DNA of 63,961 bases, filler included, from Malassezia furfur (taxonomy: Eukaryota), in NCBI GenBank assembly GCA_052055015.1. It is 5 parts of 5 records of this genome, joined end to end, with 100 filler letters (N's around TTAATTAATTAA, not from the genome) between each part and the next. Parts side by side here need not be neighbours in the genome. Positions count along the whole stretch, not along the records: positions 1 to 13,746 come from JBQJIT010000305.1; 4 more parts are not named here. The stretch is one strand, 5' to 3'. Made by a program: the position numbers and the translations under genes. Position 1 is the stretch's first letter; every line of letters starts with the position of its first letter. The notes beneath the pieces are model-generated. The model searched no databases and was not told the DNA's origin. It saw nothing but the letters and a program-made list of their open reading frames with translations. This document shows, piece by piece, positions 1 to 13,846 of the stretch.

Positions 1-3000
1 GCTCGTGTCCCACGAGCGCTGCGTCGTGACCGGAGAGCCGTTGGGCAGCGACGCACTCGTCGTCGACGCCGGCGACACAGGGCTCTGCGCGACGTTGGGC
101 TGCGTGGCCTGCAGGTGCGTCGTTGCCGAGCCGCCCGACGGGTGGCGCACCGAGCTCGGCGCGCTCACCTGCGGCGAGCTGGCCGCGCTAAAGGTAGTGA
201 CGAGCGGCGAGCGCTGCTGCGGCACCTGACCGTGCACGGGGCGCGACAGGGACTGCCCCACGCTCGGGCTCGCCACGAGGCCGGTGGTCGGCGACATGGG
301 CTGCCCCACACTCGGGCTCGCACGCAGGCCGGCGCCGGGCGAGACGGGCTGCGTCACGCTCGGGCTCTGCTGCATGCCCGCGGCCGGCTGCGTGTCCTGC
401 GTGCGGATGTTCAAGCTCGGGCTCGACTGGTGCGTCTGCACCTCGTCGGGGCGGTGCGTCGCGAGCGCGCGCAAGCCGCTCTGCAGCTCAGTGTGCACGC
501 TGTTGGGCGCGGGCGCGGGCGTGGGCGAGGCGGTCGCCGCACGGTTCGACTCGGGCGCCGGGCTCGGGTCCTGTGCCCGCGATGCGGCGTAGCGCACGGG
601 CGAGTAGCGGCCCATGCCGACGCTCGACTGGCGCGGACGCACAAAGTCGTCGGGGCCGTCGGAGTCGTGCGTGGCCGGCGCACTGGTGTCGCGCTCCGAG
701 TCGCGCTCCCCGCGCTCCACCGAGTAGGACACGCCGCGCACCGAGCCCTGGCTGGGCAGGCGGCGCGTGCGGCCGAGCCCGAGGCTGGCCGAGTTGGGCG
801 GCGAGGCGATCGCCGAGCGCTGGCTGATGTGCAGCGGGCGCAGGCCGCTGCTCGCCGACGTGTCTGCCTCGCTGCTGCGCTGCATCAGCGTGTCCGGCTG
901 CTCGACCTTGCGCAGCTTGACGAGCTTGATCATCTCGACGACGGCCATCGACACGTGCGTCGCTGCGGCGTCCACCAGGCTGACGGGCGAGAGGCCTTGC
1001 GAGTTGGCGTGGTTGCGGCACGCGCTCATGAGGTTCGCGAGCGCCTCCGACATGCCGACCTTGAGCGACTGCAGGTCGCTGTACTGCGCGGCGGACAGCG
1101 GCGTGACGCCCGGCGTGCCCGGCTCGGCGCTGGCCGTGGCGGTCTCGTACTTGGCGACGTCGTCGGTGATCAGCGAGGTGGACAGCACCACCGTCTTCAT
1201 CGCCACGAGCACGTTGGACGGCGTCGGGCCGCGCGTCGTGGCGAGCAGCTCGTCGATCGACGTCTGGAACGAGGTGAGGTTCGTGTCCGCAATCGCACCG
1301 CGCTCCGACACGTGCATCCACTCTTCCGAGCGGAGCGGCTGCGCCCACAGCGGCTGCGCCGACGTCTTTTGCGCGCGCAGCTCGGCCTGCGCGTTCTCGA
1401 ACTGGCGCTTGTAGCTCGACATCTGCGCGTGCAGGTCGCGGATGATGGCCACGTCCGACTCCTTGTCGGCGGTCATGGCGTCGTTGCGCGCACTCAGACG
1501 CCGCAGCTCCTCGAGCAGCGAGCCGACCTCGGTGCGCAGCTCCTGGACAAACTGCTGCTGCTGCTGCGTGTCGCGCTGCATCCGCTCGATCTCGCGCTTC
1601 CACGCGGCCTCGTCGACCTGCGCCGCCTCGCGCGTGGCGTTCGCGTGCGCCACGTGCAGCAGGCTGTACTCGGCGCGCAGCGCCTCGAGGTCCGTCTGGC
1701 GGTGGTCGAGCTCGTCGTTGGCCTTTTGCAGCGCACGGCTCTGCTCGCCCAGCTCCGTCTGGCGCTGCTCGTGCAGCGAACGCAGCTCCTCGACCTCGCG
1801 GCGGTGCGCGTCGAGCGCCTGCTCGAGCCCGCGCACGTGCGCCTCGAGCGACTCGCGCTGGGTCTGCTGGTCGTTGAGTGCGCCGCGGAACTGCTCGCGC
1901 GCCTGGACGGTGCCGGCGAGCTGCGTGCGAAGGTCGCTGTGCGTCTGCTGCATGTCGCGCAGCTGCTCCTCGAGCGCCGCACGCGCCTGCTGCGCGGTCT
2001 GCAGCTCCTGCTGGGCACTCTGCAGCTCCTGCTCGAGCGCATCCTGCGACTGCTGCGCCGAGCGCGTCTGCTGCGCGCGCGTCTCCTCGGCGGCCGTGAG
2101 CTGCTGCTCGAGCTGCTCGCGGACGTGCGTCGCACTGCCGAGCTGCTGCTCGAGCGCGTGGATACGGTCCTCGTACATGCCACGCAGCTCGCGCATCTCG
2201 TCGGCACTGCGTGCCTGCAGCGCCGCCGCACGCGCCTCGATCGCCGCGTCCGTAGCCGCCGCGTTGGGGTCGGTCATGTCGCGCGTCGCCTCGGCCTCGA
2301 CCGGGCTCGGCATCGTGTAGGGCAAATTTACACTCTCCTCCACCGCCGTGCTCCGCGTGGGCACAAACAGCTGCGACTGCGGCGCACGCGCCGCCGTCGT
2401 GTTCGTCTGCACCGACGCCGCCGTCGCTGCCGACGGCACGCGGTTCAGCGTCGCAGTCGTCGGCGGCGCGGCACTGGTCAGCGTGCTGTCACGCTGCGAG
2501 TCCTGCACCGACTGGCGCTGCGCGTCGTCCTCCTTGGGCATCATGATGTCCTCCAACGGCTCGGGGCGCAGCTCCGCGGGGAACTCGGGGAAGCGGCGCT
2601 CCAGCTCAAAGAAGACGTCGCTCGCCAGGTCGCGGAAGCGGTTCTTGGGCAGCGTCGCGAGCTTTTGCCGCGCCTGGTTGCGCTTCGGGTGGAAGTCGTC
2701 GCGCCCAGGCAGGAACGGCACCGGCTGGTCGCCATCCAGTGCACCCTGCCGGCGCTTCAGCTCGTCATGTACGTCGGTCGACAGCTCAGCAAACTGCTGC
2801 TTGCTCAGCCGCGACAGCTTCTCGCGCGCATTGCTGCGCGAGTGCGTCAGCAGCGAAATCTTGGTCGTCTGCGTCCGGAAGTAGTGCAGCAGCTCAATGT
2901 AATACTGACGCGACATGCGCGCAATCTCGGCAGGCTCCAGCCGCCCTGCGCCACCCTTGGTTGGCGTGACATCCACCGAGGTGTTGGGCGCATACGCACC

Positions 3001-3730
3001 ACCGCGCGCAGACGTAATCGACTCCAGCGTCCGGTCCCCGGCCGTCGGTTCATCCCGCGGCAGCGTCGTGTCGGCCTGCGCGTACTGCATAGCCGACGGC
3101 ACCGCTGCCGAGCGGCTCGCGTCGGGCGCAGTACCCGTCGCATCCCGGGCATCCGACGCCGAGTTGCCGGCCGATGCATACACGGGCTGTGCGTACGCTT
3201 GGTTCCCCTGTGCGGCCTGGGCCGAGGGACCGGAAGACTGCGGCTGCGATTGCGATTGCGGCTGGGCTTGCTGCTGCTGAGCATAGCCCTGCTGCTGAGC
3301 GTAGGCCTGCGCTTGCTGCTGCTCCGAGTACGCCTGGGGCTGTTGCTGCTGGGCATACGCCTGCGACGGCTGCTGGGCGTACGCTTGCTGCTGCTGCTGC
3401 TGCTGCTGAGCGTACGCCTGCGGCTGTTGCTGGGTGTACGCTTGGGGCTGCTGTTGCTGCTGGGCGTACATCTGAGGCTGCTGCTGCTGCGACTGCTGAG
3501 CATACGCTTGGGGCTGCTGCTGCTCCGGCTGCTGTGCGTACGCCTGGGGCTGCTGCCGCTCAGCATACGCTTGCTGCGCCGAAGGCACTTGCCCATAGGC
3601 CTGTGCCGACGTCACATGCTGCGGCTGCTGCTGCTGCGGCTGCTGCTGCTGTTGCTGTTGCAGTTGCTGCTGCTGCAAATACTGCTGCTGGGCATATGCC
3701 TGTTGCTGAGCGTACGCTTGCTGTGCCGTT

Positions 3731-3768
<38 letters not shown>

Positions 3769-4686
3769 AGCACCTGCGGTGCCCGTCGGCACTTGTCCCT
3801 GCACGTATTGCTGCTGAACATACTGCCCACCCTGAGGGTATTGCTGAGCAAGCTGCGAGTACTGTGCGTATTGAGCCTGGCCTTGACCCTGCGCACCCGC
3901 CTGACCGGCGGACTGGCCCTGCGCCAAGCCAGCGAATGACGCATTCGACTGTTCCTGCTCCGCCCCGCTGCGTGTGTTCTGCAGGTCCTGCTGGTACAGC
4001 CTTGGGTCCTGGCCTGCACCGCTCACATTGCCCTGCTGGAGTTGGCCGGTAAGCCGATCCAACTCTTGCTGCCGTGACTGTTGCGAAGTGGGGTCCTGCT
4101 GCATCGTCCGGCCCGCAAGCGCCTGTGCCTGTGCCGCATCCGCGGTAGTGCCGTTACCCTGGCCCTGGTTTTGGGCGAGCTGGTTCTGTACCGTGCTCGG
4201 CATCTCGGGCTGGCCGTATGGCACCTGCGACTGAGCGAGACGTTGGGCCTGCTGCTGCATCTGCAGCCGCTCCAGCTCGTTCTGCGGCAGATGGTTCTGT
4301 GCGCCATGCATCGCATGGCCCATCCGGTCACCAAACGGAAGGTGCGAGCGGACATTATTCATAAACGAGTGGTCCCCCTGCTGGCTCACATTGCTGATGT
4401 CGTGCTGGGCGTCCTGCGCGCCAAACCGCGACATTTGCGCCTCCAAACCGGACATGTTGGCACCCGCGGGGCTTATCTGGTTCGCAGAAAACGAGCCCGC
4501 GTGCGACGGCGACGACGTCAACGCGCCGACGCCTTTGCCAAACAGCCCGGCTTTGGACGGCGTCGAGGGCTTCGGTCCCGATGGCGAACTAGGAGTTTTC
4601 GAAGCGTCATTAGCATGGCTTTGGCCTCCCAACCCAGCGAGCTGGTGCAGAAGCCGTGAGCCCATGCCTTTCGCTTGTTGAGCCAT
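1..4686 (-). CDS. SPA2: Spa2-like polarisome scaffold (3' end runs off the window)
   Basis: Open minus frame from ATG 4686 to position 1 (absent from the ORF track because no stop is reached). Two Spa2/GIT homology (SHD) repeats, AREKLSRLSKQQFAELSTDVHDELKRR and QARQKLATLPKNRFRDLASDVFFELERR (~2590-2830), then a long coiled coil. The + ORF 115-3939 is its antisense shadow. Confidence 0.85.
3270..3870 (-). repeat. Coding Q/Y-rich tandem repeat, about 14 copies of Q-A-Y-A-Q-Qn-P, including a (CAG)12 tract at 3733-3768
   Basis: Direct translation of the minus strand; (CTG)12 is visible on the + strand. Confidence 0.9.
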
Positions 4687-4890
4687 CGTTCGAGGCGTGG
4701 TCCTCTGCCAAGGGACGGTGCGAGTTCGAGCCGCGCCTGGTTCAGCCCAGCTTGTTTTTTCTCCCTACACCAGCTATGCCTACCAGGCCCCGTGAAGTTG
4801 CTATATGCATGGCATGCAGCAACGCGCAGCGCCTTGCAGATCGCGGGCATGCCCGGGGTCCCAAGCACGTGATCCACGTGTGGTCCTCGC

Positions 4891-5533
4891 TTAAAGCTCC
4901 ACAGTGAGGGACTTGCCGAATACGGCGCTAAGCTCGGCGTCGAGCAGCTCGTGGAGAAGGTATAGTTGGCCGTCCTTGTATGTGAACCATACATCTTTTG
5001 CGGCGTCGTAGTCAAACCGCTTAGGACCGCTGCAAGGTCAGCTCGTGTCGTCGACGTACCTTGTCGGACTCGAGAGCCAGATCTGCCGCGAGGGCGGCTG
5101 CTTGTTGATCACATAGGTACCCAGCGAGCCCAAACGCAAGTTCAGCACACCCGTCTGTGGGTTAGTATGGAACAGGAAGGCTGGGCGCATGCGCGCCCTG
5201 ACGTACGGCGTATTCGACGTCCCAGTCGCTCAGAGACCCACCGCTCCCGCGCGTGCGCTCGATCTCTTCGATATCTTCCGTTTCGAGCAGCTCCTCGAGT
5301 TGCTCTGTGAGTGCATCTAGCGAAGCATCAACGCGTCGGTTGTAGTCCTGCGCGGAGAGGTCCGCGATTGTGTACTCAGGCTCGCTAGTGTAGAACCGGA
5401 ACTGCATACCCGCGCTCGGCACAGCGCGTGCGCCGAGCGGCGCGTGGTAGGCGGCGCGTACGACTGCGCCCATGGGCGGGCGCACACGCGTCACACGCAG
5501 CGCCGCGGCGGCGATCGCCCGTCGCGTCGTCAT
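4891..5533 (-). CDS. YFH1: Frataxin (CyaY/Yfh1), mitochondrial; introns 5206-5155 (52 nt) and 5059-5030 (30 nt)
   Basis: Spliced product [44 protein letters not shown] is the frataxin signature; R/A-rich presequence; GTACGT donors with TACTAAC/CTGAC branch points. Confidence 0.92.
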
Positions 5534-5621
5534 GGCAACTGGAGAGGGCTGCATTTTTAGTCAGCACCGACCTGCCCGTGCGACTGGCTCCCGACGGTTT
5601 TGGCGAGTGACGGGCTGGGAC

Positions 5622-8392
<2,771 letters not shown>

Positions 8393-8506
8393 GGTTGAGT
8401 GGAGGCGGATGGCTATCGCTGGGGCAGCCCTGGCAGTTCGCGGGGCCCGCGGCGCACCCTTGTGGAGGAATGAGTCAGCAGCGCAGCGCCGGCTCCGCGA
8501 ACGACC

Positions 8507-10210
8507 ATGACTTCTTCTTCGGACGCACTCGCGGCGCAGACCGCGCAGATGCAAGTCAGCGATAAGCAATCCGTGCACTACGATGAGACCAAGGGAAGCG
8601 ACGAGGCCGGAGACGGCTCGGCGGCCAAGCCGTACAAGACTGCCGTCGGTGCGATGCTGAAGCACGGCACCGACGTCGCGCTCCTTCAGAAGAAGCCCGG
8701 CGAGGACGCGTATGAGCCCATCTCCGGCTCCGGTCTCAAGAAGGCCAAGAAGCTGTACGATGTGGCGATCAAGAAGCAAAAGAAGGCCGAGGAGCAGGCC
8801 GCGCTCGACAAGGAGCGCCAGGCCGGCGAGCAGAAGAAGCTCGAGGAGAGCAAGAAGGTCATCATCGAGCCGCCCGCGGACGCGCCTGAGGCGAAGCGCA
8901 TCAAGATCGGCCAGGCTGAGGCGTCGCGCGACGTGCGCGTCAAGGTTTCCGGTTGGGTGCACCGTCTGCGCGTGCAAAAGGACCTCATCTTCCTCGTGCT
9001 CCGCGACGGCACCGGCTACCTGCAATGCGTGCTGCAGGGCAAGCTCACGCAGACCTACGATGCGCTCACCCTTACCCTCGAGTCTACTGTCGAGCTGTAC
9101 GGTGTGATCAAGGCGCTCCCGGAGGGCAAGAAGGCGCCGGGCAACCACGAGCTCGTGGTGGACTACTGGAAGTGCCTCGGCAAGGCGCCCGGCGGCGACG
9201 ACGCGATCACCAACCGCGTCTCGGAGAACGCGGACCCCTCGATCCTGGCCGACAACCGCCACCTCGTGCTCCGTGGCGAGACGGCCTCGGCCGTGCTCAA
9301 GGTGCGCGCTGCGGCGCTCGACGCGTTCCGCGCCGAGTTCAAGTCGCTTGGCCTGACCGAGGTCAACACGCCGTGCATGGTGCAGACGCAGGTCGAGGGC
9401 GGCGGTACGCTGTTCGCGTTTGACTACTACGGCCAGAAGGCGTACCTCACGCAGAGCTCGCAGCTCTACCTCGAGACCTGCCTGCCCGCGCTCGGCGATG
9501 TGTTCTGTGTCCAGGAGAGTTTCCGCGCGGAAAAGAGCCACACGCGCCGCCACCTCAGCGAGTACACGCACATTGAGGCGGAGCTCGCCTTCATCAACTT
9601 TGACGAGCTCATGACCAACATCGAGCAGCTGATCTGCGGCACGGTCGAGCGCCTGCTCGCCAACCCCGCGGCGCGCGAGCTGATCGAGCAGCTCAACCCG
9701 GGCTTCACCGCGCCCAAGCGGCCGTTCATGCGCATGAACTACAAAGACGCCATCAAATACCTCAACGACCACAACATCCTCACGGATGAGGGCAAGCCTC
9801 ACGAGATCGGCGACGACATTGCCGAGGCGGCCGAGCGCAAGATGACCGACCAGCTCAACGTGCCCATTCTGCTGCACGGTTTCCCGCGCGAGATCAAGGC
9901 GTTCTACATGAAGCGCATCGAGGGCGACGAGCAGTTTACCGAGTCGGTCGATGTGCTCATGCCGGGCGTTGGTGAGATCGTCGGCGGTAGCATGAGGATG
10001 GCGAACCGCGACGAGCTGCTCGAGGCGTACAAGCACGAGGGCATCGACCCCTCGCCGTACTACTGGTACACCGATCAGCGCCTCTACGGTACGTGCGAGC
10101 ACGGCGGCTATGGTCTCGGCCTTGAGCGCCTCCTGGCGTGGCTCACCAACCGCTGGACCGTGCGTGAGACCGCACTGTACCCGCGCTGGACTGGCCGGTG
10201 CACGCCATAA
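8507..10210 (+). CDS. DED81: Cytoplasmic asparaginyl-tRNA synthetase
   Basis: GWVHRLR OB-fold start; YLTQSSQLYLE, FRAEKSHTRRHLSEY, HGGYGLGLER; C-terminal YPRWTGRCTP. Confidence 0.95.
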   Translation: MTSSSDALAAQTAQMQVSDKQSVHYDETKGSDEAGDGSAAKPYKTAVGAMLKHGTDVALLQKKPGEDAYEPISGSGLKKAKKLYDVAIKKQKKAEEQAALDKERQAGEQKKLEESKKVIIEPPADAPEAKRIKIGQAEASRDVRVKVSGWVHRLRVQKDLIFLVLRDGTGYLQCVLQGKLTQTYDALTLTLESTVELYGVIKALPEGKKAPGNHELVVDYWKCLGKAPGGDDAITNRVSENADPSILADNRHLVLRGETASAVLKVRAAALDAFRAEFKSLGLTEVNTPCMVQTQVEGGGTLFAFDYYGQKAYLTQSSQLYLETCLPALGDVFCVQESFRAEKSHTRRHLSEYTHIEAELAFINFDELMTNIEQLICGTVERLLANPAARELIEQLNPGFTAPKRPFMRMNYKDAIKYLNDHNILTDEGKPHEIGDDIAEAAERKMTDQLNVPILLHGFPREIKAFYMKRIEGDEQFTESVDVLMPGVGEIVGGSMRMANRDELLEAYKHEGIDPSPYYWYTDQRLYGTCEHGGYGLGLERLLAWLTNRWTVRETALYPRWTGRCTP

Positions 10211-10211
10211 A

Positions 10212-11250
10212 CTACATAGCGAAAAACTCGTCGTCGGCGAGCGACGGCTTAGAAGGCGGAGGACGCGCTGCTGGCTTTTGTGTGCGGCGGTCGTTGCGCG
10301 GAGCAATGACCTCTTCCTCACTGGAGTCGTCTCTCGAGGCATCGTCGCTGGACGTGTTGTCGCTCGACGAGGCGTCCGAATCGTCGCTGTCTTGCGTCGT
10401 ATTCTCTCCCTCACTCCCGTCGCTGGTATGACTGTCGCTGTCACTGTCATCGGAACTGCTCGCATCGCTTGCATCCGACTCCTCCTCGCTTTCTTCTTCG
10501 GCCTCCTGCGCCACGTTCCGGCGCTTGGGCAATTGTGCCTGCGCTGCGTCGTCGGCGCGAGCCCGCTTGGTACCGCTGCTCCGACGCACCTGCCGCGACG
10601 CTTCCTCGCGCGCTTCAAGCTCCACTTCGGGCTCGGTAGAGAGCTCGCCGCGCTTGATCTGTTTGCGCACATGCGCAAGGTATTCGGCGGCTTTTCGCTG
10701 CGCACGGTCGGGTGCATCAGCCTTGGGCAGCACAGGGTCATGGTTTCCCTGCGCAAAGAGTGCCACATAGCGCTGGTCGTGCGGGAAGGTCTAGGTGAAT
10801 AGGAAACACGCACCATAACATAGTGCAGCAGAACACGCGCCTCGTAGAGTGCTGCACGTACCGCCTTCTTTTTGGGATCCTTTTCGGCCTCGCGACGCAG
10901 CTGACGCACACGGCGGTGAATCTTCTGGCGCTCTGTGATTAGCTTTGCCGAGGAAACGCACCAAAGAACTTGACTTTGTGGTATCGGCTTGCCAGATTCC
11001 GCTCCTTTCCGGCCTTTTCCTTCTCCTCGAGCTCGCGCTGCAGCGCAAGAAGACGGCGCTCGGCCTCGATCCGTGTGCCCGGCGTGATGGTGTCCTGCGG
11101 TCAGCCAGAAGGGCGACGTACGCGTGCCAACAGTCGCTTTGTTTGCCGGATGGCGTTCTTCACCTTGTTGACACCAGTCGACGCGGGCGCCGGCGCGGAT
11201 GCTGGCGCGCGCCGGGGCGCCTTGCCGTGCGCCGTGCGCTGCCGCTTCAT
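10212..11250 (-). CDS. EFG1: rRNA-processing protein Efg1; introns 11121-11095 (27), 10961-10933 (29), 10813-10791 (23)
   Basis: Spliced GVNKVKNAIRQTKRLLAR|DTITPGTRIEAERRLLAL..RYHKVKFF|ERQK..LHYVM|TFPHDQRYVALF matches Efg1 (DUF2361) blocks; acidic tail ending DDEFFAM. Confidence 0.85.
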
Positions 11251-11312
11251 CGTTGTCCAAAAAAACTTCCTCCACCCACCATCACGTGGCCCGTACGCTT
11301 CCCCACCCGGCC

Positions 11313-13635
11313 ATGAAGGTATGTGATGCACAGCTCACAGGCAGTATCTACTTCAGGCCATCGAGGCCAACCGAGGCGATGTGGCATTAGGCGATGCAGA
11401 ACTGCATCAGCTGCTCACGGATGCGCGTCGTGGCAGGGTACGTTGCGTGTGACGTGACTGACGCCAGGACGAGAAGGAAGAGTTCCAGGAGTCGATGGAG
11501 CGTATCCTTACGGAGTTGCGGAACTACACAGTACGTGCCCCTGCTGACGGCCAAGGAACACTCGCAGGCATTTTTGCAGCGCGTGAGCAAGCGTGACGCA
11601 CCCGATTACTACGATGGTAGGTGGACGACGACGCTGACCTTCAGTGATCAAGAATCCTATGGATCTCGGCACCATGCAAAAGAAGCTGAAGAGTGGACAG
11701 TATAAGAACAAGAGTCAATTTCAGGGCGACCTGGACCTGATTTGGGACAATTGTCTGTTGTACAATGCGTCACCACAACACCCACTCCGCCGGAACGCGT
11801 CGATGATGCGCAAGAAGGCCAATCACCTGCTTGGATTTTTGAGCGAGAAGGGCGACATCAAGGATATTCTGAGCCACTGGCAGCCTCCGCCTGCCCCGAA
11901 AACCACCGAGGAGCCCCAGCCGAGTGCGCCGCCCGCGGCAGAGGCACCAGCGGCGCCCGTGCACGAAATGGAGGTGGATGAGGGCGAACAGGAGCAGGCG
12001 CCATTTGCACAGCATATCGCGCTGCGGCGCAGTGCCGAGTCGACACTGGTCTTTTCCGATCTCGATCCTCATCTCGCTGTGCCCGCTATCCAGGGATCGT
12101 CGCTCTCGCAGCGGTTTCCGGTCGAGGCCGAGTCGAGCGAAACCCGCGCGCTTCCTGCGACCTTGGCCATGCTCGAGCAGATTGGCTATTCTCGTGGCGT
12201 TGATCCACTGGGGAGTGCGTTTGGCCTACAACGACCGCGCAAAGAGGTGACCGTGCGCCCGCGCGATGCGCTCCGCGCCTGGTGGGCATCGTGTGGAACC
12301 GATGCCATGGTCGGTGCCGGCCTGCCATCTCTGGTCTATGCAGGCCGCCATCCCACCTCGCCCTCTCACGACACGCCACCCCTATCACGTCAGCCCCTGG
12401 ACCGGCGCGGGATACCCCGCATGATGGCACGCAATATCCAGACGCTGCGGCGTCTGCATCATACCCACCAGAAATTCTTCCGGCTCGCTGATGTTGTCGA
12501 GCACGAGCTGCCGATCCCCGCCGACCTTGCGCAGGCGTCTTCCGACGAGGAGGACGGAGACGAGGAGGGCGAGGACGGCGAGGGTGAGAGCCATGTGGGC
12601 GTCGCTGCAGCTGCCGTCGCGGACGATGCCGAAGCAGCGAGCGAGGCCAGTGCCCACGCGTCCACTTCGCACTCATCCACCGGCGCCCGTGCATCCAAGG
12701 CACCGAGCGAGACGCATATGGGGCCGCACAAGGTGCATGCGGCAGACCGAGCGAATCCCTTCCCCCGTTTATCGCGCGGCTACGCACGCGAGCAGATTGC
12801 GTGGCAGGTGCGCATGCTGCTGGCGCACACGGGCTTTGACGGAAGTCATGCCAATGCGCTACACATCCTCACGGACGTTACGCGCGAGTACATGATGGGC
12901 CTTGCGCGTACGCTGCGTCTCTACTGCGATCGCTTTGGGTCAGAAATGGGGGCCGAAGAAATGGTTGTACATGCGCTACACAACAGCGGTGGCACCCATG
13001 TCCAAAAGCTGGATGCCTACATCAAAAACGACGTGGAGCGCTATGGTGCGCGCCTGCGTGAGTGGCTCCGGAAGCTGCAGGGGGCGTATCGTGAGCAGCT
13101 TGCGAACCTTGGTCGGGCCGTCGTCGAGGACGACGAGCTGCTGGCGCGCGACGGCGAGGCGCTGACATTGGGCCACTTTGCGGAAGGCCTGGGCGACGAC
13201 TTTTTCGGGTTCCGCGAGCTGGGTCTCGACCGCGAGCTGGGCCTCGCGGGTCTTTCAGTGCCCAGCCGGCTGTTTTTTGGCCGGGGTGCGCCGACAAGCG
13301 CCGTTGTGGCAGATGGCGAACGCAAAGTGGCGCCGACGTATGCGCCTCCGCCGCCCGTGGTGCTGGTCTCTCGCGCAAGCCTCCCTGCACAGATTGGGCT
13401 GCTGCGCCCGTGGTACACTGCGCACTTGGTGCATGGCGACGAGCCCAAGAGCACCGACATTGTGCCCGAAGTTGCGCCGGAGCGGCCGCGCTACAAGGTG
13501 CCTACGAGTGGAAAGCTACCGGTGCGCCCGATGTATGGCGAGGTTGTGCGCGAGCCGCGCAGCGCAACGGTAAATGGTACGGACAAAAAGGCGCAGGCCA
13601 AGGTGCCGCCCGTCGCGAAGCGCAAGCGCGCCTGA
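11313..13635 (+). CDS. SPT7: SAGA subunit Spt7 (bromodomain plus histone fold); introns 11319-11344 (26), 11438-11467 (30), 11531-11555 (25), 11617-11644 (28)
   Basis: MK|YLLQAIEANR..ELRNYT|EHSQAFLQRVSKRDAPDYYD|VIKNPMDLGTM..DLIWDNCLLYN bromodomain; LAHTGFDG histone fold; GDDFFGFRELGLDRE. Confidence 0.88.
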
Positions 13636-13746
13636 CGCCGCGGGGTCCGACGACCCCGCTTGGCGGGGGCCCCAACATAGCCACGTGCGCATAGTGTAAT
13701 TTGACTAAACGTCTGCAGCCGTTTGCAACCGGCGCGAAAAATTGCG

Positions 13747-13846
13747 NNNNNNNNNNNNNNNNNNNNNNNNNNNNNNNNNNNNNNNNNNNNTTAATTAATT
13801 AANNNNNNNNNNNNNNNNNNNNNNNNNNNNNNNNNNNNNNNNNNNN
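13747..13846. other. Artificial contig-joining spacer N44-TTAATTAATTAA-N44
   Basis: The identical 100-nt spacer occurs four times; TTAATTAATTAA has stops in all frames. Confidence 0.98.

Noticed and set aside
3270..3870. Repeat-spacer appearance suggesting a CRISPR-like array
   Set aside because: In-frame coding repeats with synonymous variation in a eukaryotic gene; no constant repeat/unique spacer structure and no cas genes.
115..3939. 1274-aa + strand ORF and other long antisense ORFs (e.g. 43796-45685, 45839-47545, 59727-63509, 35250-36812)
   Set aside because: They mirror the real genes on the opposite strand. High GC3 codon bias removes antisense stops, and the products have no domains.
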